64,000 bases of DNA from NCBI GenBank assembly GCA_013265495.1, contig MU061542.1, positions 92,972-156,971 of the forward strand. The letters run 5' to 3'. The stretch is from Vicugna vicugna (taxonomy: Eukaryota). Below, piece after piece: positions 55,440 to 64,000 of the stretch. Position 1 is the stretch's first letter, and every line of letters starts with the position of its first letter. Made by a program: the position numbers and the translations under genes. The notes under the pieces are model-generated. The model searched no databases, was not told the origin of the DNA, and saw only the letters and a program-made list of their open reading frames with translations.

Positions 55440-56807
55440 TAGTTCACCCTTGAACAACATGGGGCTAGGAGTCCTGACTCCCTGCACAGTTGAAAATCTG
55501 TGACTCCCTAAAAACTTAACTACTAATAGCCTTCTGTTGACTGGAAACCTTACTGATGACATAAATAATTGATTAACACATATTTTGTATATGTATTATA
55601 TACTGTATTTTTACAATAAAGTAAGCTAGAGAAAATAAAAAAGCCATTAAGAAAACCATAAGAATGAGAAGATACATTTATAGTCCTATATCATATTTAT
55701 CAATACTGTAAGTTTATGTTGTTTGTTTACAAAGTGAATGATCTATCTGTTGGTACCTTCATCAAAATTAACTTATATGATCTTTCTCTTCTTTTTCTTC
55801 TTTTCTCTTATGATCTGGTGACTGTTTCTTTCCCCAGGCTAGTGAAGTTTTCAGCTATTATCTCTTCAAATAGTTTATTGGGCCCATGCTCTCTTTCTTC
55901 ATAATTGCACCTCAATATACAGCGTAAATATTAGCAGACATAAAAGGAGAAATTGACAGTAACACAATGCAGTGGGGGATTTCAACAACCCATTTACATC
56001 AATGGACAGATCATCCAGACAGAAAATCAATAAAGAAACACAGGTCTTAAATGACACATTAGACCAGATGGACTTAATTGCTATTTATACAGCATTCAAT
56101 CCGAAAGCAGAAAAATACACATTTTTCTCAAGTGCACATGGAATATTCTCCAGGGTAAATCACATGTTGGTCCATAAAGTAAACCTCAATGAATTTAAGA
56201 AAACTAAATGATATCAAAATTATCTCATATGACACAAAACAGTGTAGATGTTATATGTGTTACTAACACTAGACATTAAAAAGTGTAAAGATAATGTGAA
56301 AAACAAACTCATTTATTTATGGGTATAACAATTTTCTTGTATTGACAATGAAGAAGCAGAAATATGATTGTTTATGGTAGCCTACTGTAATAGAAACAGT
56401 TGTTTCACAGTTCCTTAACCTACACACTAATGAATGAATCATTATACAAATTTTTGTGTCAGAGAGTATTGTATTCCTATTTATAATATGGTATTGGAAA
56501 CATCATTACATTTTTTAAAAGATTACTTACCAGACATGATAGGCTCATATGCAGTTTCTCCAATTATGAAAGAAGCCTACTGTACGGTAATGTAATTCTT
56601 TGAAAACGAGCTATAAAACATTAAGAAAACTAATGTATTATTAATTTTATATTAAATATTTCCCACCTTGTGCCTGTTAGGATAAGCTGTTCACTTCATT
56701 ACAAGTGCACAGAATTTTCTACACATACATTTTTGCATATTTGTTGGAAAAAATTGCATTTGAGTGGATCTGCACAGTTCAAACCTGTGTTGTTCAAGGA
56801 TCTCTAA
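55440..56807. mobile_element. Tigger2-family DNA transposon (non-autonomous derivative)
   Basis: TIR-like ends agttcacccttgaacaac... and ...gttgttcaagga. Internal aaaacttaactactaatagcct.ctgttgac.ggaa.ccttac and aataaagtaagctagagaaaa. Confidence 0.85.
55781..56212 (+). mobile_element. Tailless L1 insertion: antisense ORF1 piece plus sense ORF2 endonuclease piece
   Basis: EN peptide GDFNNPFTSMDRSSRQKINKETQVLNDTLDQMDL...YTFFSSAHGIFSRVNHMLVHK. Antisense ORF1 motif gaagttttcagctattatctcttcaaata. TSD atcaaaatta(a/t)ct(t/c)atatga at 55761-55780 and 56213-56232. Confidence 0.85.
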
Positions 56808-59079
56808 TATTTTTACTTATGAAATGTTTATTTTGGCCATTTTTTATTAGGTTGCTTGTCTTTTTATAATTGAGTTGCAATAGTTCTTAGTGTATTTTGG
56901 TTATAAGTACCTTTCCAGTCTTTGGAATATCCATGCATTTTATTAGTGGTTTCTTTTAATGAGGAAAATTTTATAATTTTGATTAAGTCTAATTTCTTCT
57001 TTTTTATGGTTATTTCTTTCTTTGTCTAAGAAATACTTACCTATAGATGATAAAGATATTTTTCTAATTATCTTCTAAAACTTTACATTTTGTTTTTTAC
57101 ATTTATGACTAATCCATAAAAAAAGATTTTTGATTTTAGTGTATGGCGTGAGGTGAATTTTTTTTCCATGTTGATGTTTAATTGTTCTAGTATAATTTGG
57201 TAAACAGAATTTCTATTCCTCATTGAATTCCTTTGACATTCTTTAATCCCATTTGATAATCTACATGCAGGTTTATTCCTGTACTCTCTATTCTGCTCCA
57301 TTGATCAATTGGTCTATCCTTTTGGCAAGAACACAGTATATCGGTTATTGTAGTATTATAATAAATCTTGAAATTTGTCAGATTTTTTATTCATTTCTCT
57401 AAGTTGCTTTGGCTATTCTTAGCTGTTTATCCTTCCAAATAAGTTTCAAAATCATCTTGCAAATTTCTAGAAGATAACTCAGTTTGGATTGTAACTGAAC
57501 TTGTATTGATGCTATAATTCAGTCTGGGAAGAATCAATATCTTAATAACTTTGAGTCTTCTAACCCATATTATACAATGTATTTGTTGAAACTATCTGGA
57601 TAATTGTGAATAATAAAATATTAAATATATTATTTAGTAAATATTAAATAGGCTAGAGTATTATTACTAAAAATGTTTCTAGATGTACTAATTCTCAAAA
57701 ATAATAAAGTACAACAAGTTTTATAAAAAAAAGATACTAACTGAAGCATTATTTCTAATAAGAATAACCTGGCACCAACTGAAATCAATAGTAGATTGCT
57801 TAACTTTATTTCAAGCATTGATATTATGGAATGATGTTACATCATTAAAATGATGGTGTAGAATAATTTTTAATGCAGAAGTAGGATTATGATATATTCA
57901 TGTGAAAAAATATAAAGTAAAACAATAGGTACACTATGATCTAATTTTTGTAAACACACATATAACTGTTAGACTACCTACCAAAATATGATTCTCACTG
58001 ATGTTTAGCTTTTAGTTTTTTTTCCTGCTACATGCCTTTTGCAATTTATAAATATTTTCAAATTAAAACAATTTTTGCATTTCAAGAAGAAGCAATATTA
58101 ATGTATACAAAATCTTTTTCAGTCATCTGTTTACTTTTTTTGTTTTATCTATTGAATGAAACTTACACACACATATGTTGCTCTCATCTGCTGAATAAAA
58201 TGCATACATTTCAGGCACAATAAATGACATGCAGTTTTCTAAACTAGCTGTGTATTTATATATCTGCACAGCTTTATTTCTTCCTATTTTTTATAATTTT
58301 ATCTAAAAACTTTTATAATCATATATGTACAGATAAACGTGCTTCCTTTGTGAAATTTTCTCATCAGGCTGAATTAAGTGTCTCTATTGACTTTCATGTT
58401 ATGGAGAGCCATGTGATATCAATTATTTATGAGAATCTCACATACAGTTGTTCAGGTCTAATTGAATTTTGAGGCTATGGTTTATAGCAGTATAGCCAAC
58501 ATGGTTACGTGCATTCTTTGTTGAACTACTAAGTATCCTGGATATAGAAGAGAGCAAACAGGTGTTGATTAAGGTTGGGTTTTGTTAGATGATATCACAA
58601 AGGGATAAAGAACAGAACAGAATTCATAATGTCAACACAAGTAGTTTTATATTGCATTATAAGGATGAATACAGAGAAATTGGAAAGAAAGAGAAGTTTA
58701 TATGGAGACATTAGAGCCATCAAAAATATGGAAGATTCAGTGTGATAAAAGAAGAGAAAGATAAAAACCCTGTGGAGTAAGGTCAAAGTAACATTTTCAA
58801 TTCAATTTTTTGGTTACAAAGCCTTATTTATGATGTTGACAATCTTCTTATATATATGGGAGGAAGTAGTTGAGATATAGTGAGTTAGAACAAGCAGAAT
58901 AATGAGAATTTAAGAATATAGATAATAGTTATTTGACTATTATAATTATTCAAATTATTTCAGTACTGGAGGCCAAGTGGAGGTGGAAGGAAGAAATCAT
59001 AAAAAAGCAGAAATTTGAATATATGTTATGAGAATAGTCAAATTGCATGATCTTAATGAACAGAAGACATTTTTATATG

Positions 59080-59335
59080 TGGTTAGATACATCATCATGC
59101 AGAAAGAGCAATGAGGTTAAAGGAAATAGCTTTTCCCATCTCAGATCATCTCAGATTCTAAAATATGAAAGACAAGGGAAAATGAAATATTGTCCTCCAG
59201 AAAGCTGTAGAAAAGATGACACTTCTGGTTTCAATCTGAATTTAAGCAAGACCAAGATATGGGTTTATTCAGAAAAACATGTATATATGATAATATATGA
59301 GAGTTTTCTTTGTTTTCATCTATGGAATAGGATTC
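59080..59335 (+). mobile_element. Degenerate MLT1-like LTR fragment
   Basis: aaagacaagggaaa...tattgtcctccagaa...gacac and tttgttttc; weak similarity only. Confidence 0.35.
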
Positions 59336-60317
59336 TGAAAAACAATGAGTTTGAGAGGAGAGAATATCAAGAAAGGCGTAAGCTGCATGAAGTAGATAAC
59401 AGATAAAAGTGGCTTAAGGTAATAACTTGTTTTTAATATAAGAAGAAGATCAAAGCTAAGAAGTTATGAGATAATTCATTAGTTTGTGGGGTCACCTTTT
59501 TCACAGACTTGTTCTATCTCTCTGCTCTACTATCCACAGTGAGTGCTTATAAAGCCAGTCTCTTTTGACTTTCAGCCTCATATTACAGGCTACTAACTGT
59601 AGACTAATAAGGAAACAAAGATAACAAAACGATGCCTATATCAGAAAACAAAGCATGCCTAACATTTCAGCAGACTTCCACTGATACCTGAGAAAACTTA
59701 CCAGTGCACTCCATCTTATCTGAATGACTATATTTTTACTCTGGGATTATTCCCACCAAATTTAAATGTTTTATTAATGAGACTGATAATACTGTCTCCC
59801 ACCATCATCTTCAAGAACAGAAGAATAGAATAAGATGGGCATGGAAGTACAGAGGAAACAGAAGAGAGAGAGGGGGAAGAAAATATGACCCCTCATTTCA
59901 TTCATTACTCAAGTATGTAAAAATACTTAAAATCTGGTGGTTATAATTACAAATGTTTTCCCAAAAATAGTCATGGTAGTCCTAGTTTTAACTGATTACA
60001 CTTCTGAGGGATTCAAACCATAAGATTCTAATAGATACACTGAGTGTGGGAATGGGAAACAAACAGTTATCAATGTTGGTAATGAAATATTTAAATATAA
60101 TGAGAAAGAAACTAAAGTGAAAATGTAGATATCTACATAGGTAAGACGGAGTTAAGTGTAAGCATCTTATCTCCCCAATCCCACACCTCCATACTATTAT
60201 AGATTACCTACTCAAAACCATAGCATACTCATGAAAAAACAAAAGACTCCACTATGCTTAAATAAGATTAAAAAAAAAAGATGTGAAAAAAGTTCCTAAT
60301 AGGTTGTTTTCTATTTT

Positions 60318-60464
60318 TTGATTTTTTTTGTTTTGTTTTGTTTTGTTTTGTTTTGTGGGAGGTAATTAGGTTTATCTGTTTATTTCAGTGGAGGCACTGG
60401 AGATTGAATCCAAGACCGGGTGCATGCTTGGCATGCACTCTACCACAAAGCTATACCCTCTGCC
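60318..60464 (-). mobile_element. Camelid tRNA-derived SINE (Vic-1-like)
   Basis: Minus strand reads gagggtatagctttgtggtagagtgcatg...ggattcaatctccagtgcctccac...aaacctaattacctccc, then a (CAAAA)n tail. Pol III A and B boxes are recognisable. Confidence 0.85.
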
Positions 60465-61479
60465 TCATAATATACTGTTAAATGATGTAAGATTGTTGCA
60501 TAGGTTTTGTCCCTCTGTCCCTCATAAATTAAAGGTTATTTGCCTAATTATTGAAAATAGTTATACTTGGGTGGGGATAAATTTTATTTTCTCCATTATC
60601 TTTCTGTCCTTCTCAAATTAAATGAGGTACTTTGTAATGAAAATAATTCAGCAAATATATTTTAATAACAGTAAATACTTGAGTTTTTGCTAATTTACAC
60701 TTTTTGAAAGGTATTTTCCTATTCAGTGAGTGATGTGATACACATATTTTCTACATTTCTGAGAATAGATTAATTTACTTCTCTACATATTGCACTTTTT
60801 CCTTCCATGATCTAATGAAGCTCTTTACTTGGGGTCAGATCCTAGGTCACATTGGTAAGCCTTGAGACTGTTTCAGGAAAGTTGATAAACTAGCTCTTTA
60901 GTATTAGGAGCCTGAGATATCTCCATTCTTGCTCATTAGGAACTGGGAGTGATTACTTGCATTCTAAAGAAAGCAAGTGCCTTTGAATATTTTATAAGTA
61001 AGACAAGCCACATAATATTCTATTTTGAATGTTCTAGTGTTGTTGATACTGCATAATGTGATGCAGCCTGACATTACAGGGATTGGCTTCTTTTTGTTTG
61101 ATGCTGTTCTTAAAATGTTTTATAGCAAATCATTATGCAACATGTGCATTTATCTTCATATTACAGTGACAATATATTTGTAAATTGCTGAAGTACTGAA
61201 TTATATTTGCATTTATTTATTTTGCTAAACAATAGTTATATATTTTATTCTTATAATTTATATGCAACCTTATTTATGCACACACTAACAACAGCAACAA
61301 CAACAAAAGAAACCTAAACATTTTGTAGTCACATTGCTACTGTAAACACGCCGAGAAAAGAATGTGGTAATTAAATGCTTTTGAGTATACAATAAAGATG
61401 CTACCAAGATTCAAGTGTTCATATTAGAATTTCCATTAATTTTTAGGCTTTACTGAGATGTAGCTGGCAGCCAGGGGAT

Positions 61480-61610
61480 AAATATTTATTTATTTACTGA
61501 GAAATTCATTCACAAATACTGTTGGGTGCCTACTATGTGTTATGCCAAGCTATCATTTCTGGGAATACAACACTAAAGAATAATAATTTTGCTCATGAAG
61601 AGTGCATTTG
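61480..61610 (-). mobile_element. L2 3' end fragment
   Basis: ttcattcacaaatactgttgggtgcctactatgtg...ctgggaatacaa. Confidence 0.6.
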
Positions 61611-61629
61611 TCTTTTCTTTTACCTTTTA

Positions 61630-63850
61630 AAAATATAATTTATGTTTAGTTGAGATTTAGGTTACTAGCAAAACAGAGTGGAAGATACAGAGATATCACT
61701 CCTTGCCTCCATACATACATAACCTCCCCCATTTGTTACAATTGATAAGCCTACATTGACACAAATATTACCCAAAGTCTATATTTACATTAAGGTTCAC
61801 TCGTAGTGTTGTCATTCTATTGGTTTGAGCAAATTCTACTGGTTTATAATGATATTTATCCAACTTTGTATATCATATGGAATAGTTTCACTGCCCTAAA
61901 GGCCTCTATGCTCCTTCTATTTATCTTTCCTTCTCTCCAATCCCAGGCAACTACTGATTTTTCTTTTCTTTTTTTATTGGTTTTTATATCCATAGTTTTG
62001 TCCTTTTCAGTATGCCATAGAGTGGAAATCATATAGTATAGTAATATTGGCTTTTGCACTTGGTAATGTGCATTTAACTTTCCTCAAAGTCTTTTGTCTT
62101 GATAGCTCATTTCTTTTTAGAGCTGAAAAACATTTCATTCTTTGGATGTACTCCAGTTTATTTATCCATCTACCTGCTGAAGGACATCTTGGTTGCCTCC
62201 CAGTTTTGGCAATTATGAATAAAGCTGTTTTAAACATATGTGTGTACGTTTTTATGTGGGTGTAAGTTTTCAAATCCTTTGGATAGGTATCAGGGAACAA
62301 GACTGCTGGATGGTATGGTTAGACTATATTTAGTTTTGTAAGAAACTGCCAAAGTGTCTTTCAAAGTGGCTTGCACTATCTGGTTTTGGTAATAAGGTAA
62401 TTATGGCTTCATAGAATTAATTAGGAAGTAGCGCTTCTGTCTTATGAAATACATTGTAGAGACCTGATCTAATTTTTTGCTAAAATATGTAGTAGAATTT
62501 ATCAGTGAACTCATCTGGGCTTGGTGTTTTGTTTCTTAAGAAGATACAGACCTATTCAAATTGTCTTTTTGTTTTTATGAGTTTTAAGAGATTGTGTCTT
62601 TCAAAGAATTGGCTATCAAATTGTCTACATGATACCATTACACAGGTGGTACAAGTACATTATAATAACTATATCATATGGAAATATGATATATAATTAT
62701 AATTTGTTTCTCCTATCTCATGTATCATTGCTGTCATTAATTTTATTTATATATAAGCTTATTACATCATATAAGAACACATCATATACATTGTTGTTGT
62801 TATTATTATTATTATTATTATTATTTAATTCGCTTGTTCAATTAAGAGTAAAAAAAGTTTTTATTTTAATTTCATGCATTTCTTCTTCAATGCTCTTCCT
62901 TTATGTAGATCTGGGTTTCTGACTTGTATCATTTTTCTTCTCTTTAGAGAACTTCTTTTAGCTTTTCTTATAAGGTAGGTCTACAGGCAACAAACCCCAT
63001 CAATTTTTGTTAGTTGATAAAGCATTGTTTCTTCATTTTTGAAAGAAAACTTTTCAAAGTACAGAATTTACTCTCTTCTTGCTTACATGATTTCTACAGA
63101 AAAATGAAACATAACATTTATCTTTGCTCTACTTTAGATAAGGTGTTTTTCTTCTACTGGCTTTTCTTAAAAGATTTATCTTTGAATATTTATTTATTTA
63201 CTTTCAAAAATAGTATGCCAAGGTGCAGTCTTTGAACACCTTTTCCTGCTTGGCATTCTTTGAGCTTCCTAGATCTGAGGGTTGTCTGACATAAATTTGA
63301 GGAAATTATCAGTAATTATGTTTCAGATATTTCTTCTGATCTTTTCTTTCTTCTCCTTCTGGTATTTCCATTGCATGCAAGTTACACAATTTGTAATAGT
63401 CCAATAGTTCTTGGCATTTCTTCTTCTTTTTTTAAGTCTCTTTTTCTTTACTTTTCAGTTTTGGAAGTTTCTGTTATGATATCATCAAGTTCTTTCCTCA
63501 GCCATGTCTAGTGTACGAATAAGCCCATTAAAATCATTATTTCATAACAGAGTTTTTGATTTTTAGCTATTTTTTAAATTTTTCCTTGGGGTTTCTTTAT
63601 TTCTGCTTACAACAATCATCTATTCTTGCACACTCTCTGCTTTATGCTTTAGAGTCTATTGTATATTCATGTAATCATGGTTGTCTTAAATTTCTTTTTT
63701 GATAATTTCAACAAAACTGACATCTCAATCTGTTTTTAACACTTGCTTTTTCTCTTCAGACAATGAGTGTTTTGTTTTGTTTTGTTTGCAATATGTCTTG
63801 TATTTTTCTTTGATAGTCAAACAAGATGTACTAGGTAAAAAGGTATACCT
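61630..63850 (-). mobile_element. L1MC1/2-like LINE with multiple internal deletions (3' UTR, ORF2 piece, ORF1 piece)
   Basis: gatagctcatttctttttag...acctgctgaaggacatcttggttgc, then jumps at about 62375 and 62650 to more 5' L1 sequence. (TTG)n(TTA)n at about 62790-62825. Confidence 0.85.
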
Positions 63851-64000
63851 GAAGCCACATAACGCACCCTTAAGTTTCAAATCTGCTCTTGTCTTCTGGG
63901 GAAACCCATTTGTTTTAGTCTGTGGGAGGTGGGAAGCTAACAAAACATTTTGCATTGAAAACTGAAGTAATTTGAAATAAGTTTTTGAAGTATTGTTCTA

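Larger units (their letters stand above)
54945..57570 (-). mobile_element. Old L1 (L1MD/ME-like) 3' portion interrupted by Tigger2
   Basis: Antisense L1 3' UTR and ORF2 motifs on both sides of the transposon (aaatacctagaagtg; ttccctgattactaat; ggccatttttt.attaggttg; tattctgctccattgatc). Confidence 0.8.

Noticed and set aside
59047..59406. 119-aa ORF
   Set aside because: It overlaps a degenerate LTR-like stretch, with no recognisable domain or splice context.
60388..60464. tRNA gene
   Set aside because: The A/B boxes are degenerate and are followed by a SINE body and tail, so this is a SINE head rather than a tRNA.

Overview
AT-rich, strongly CpG-depleted mammalian genomic DNA, almost certainly camelid because it carries a Vic-1-type tRNA-derived SINE and cetartiodactyl-type L1 3' ends. 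I see no host protein-coding gene, CpG island, RNA gene or CRISPR array. The window looks like a gene desert or a large intron, densely filled with layered transposable elements: L1 of several ages, L2, HAL1, MIR, ERV1/ERVL/MaLR LTRs, hAT and Tigger DNA transposons, and microsatellites. The most notable items are four. (1) A 5'-complete but 3'-truncated, poly(A)-less processed pseudogene of ABRAXAS1 (FAM175A), inserted into an old L1 with an 18-bp TSD. (2) A tailless, 5'-inverted L1 fragment with a 20-bp TSD inside a Tigger2-like element. (3) A very young L1 insertion with a perfect 17-bp TSD and an uninterrupted ORF2 C-terminus. (4) Several datable nested insertions. I find no support for a novel multi-gene system. 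Repeat family names come from recalled consensus sequences and need Dfam/RepeatMasker confirmation; boundaries of old elements are approximate.
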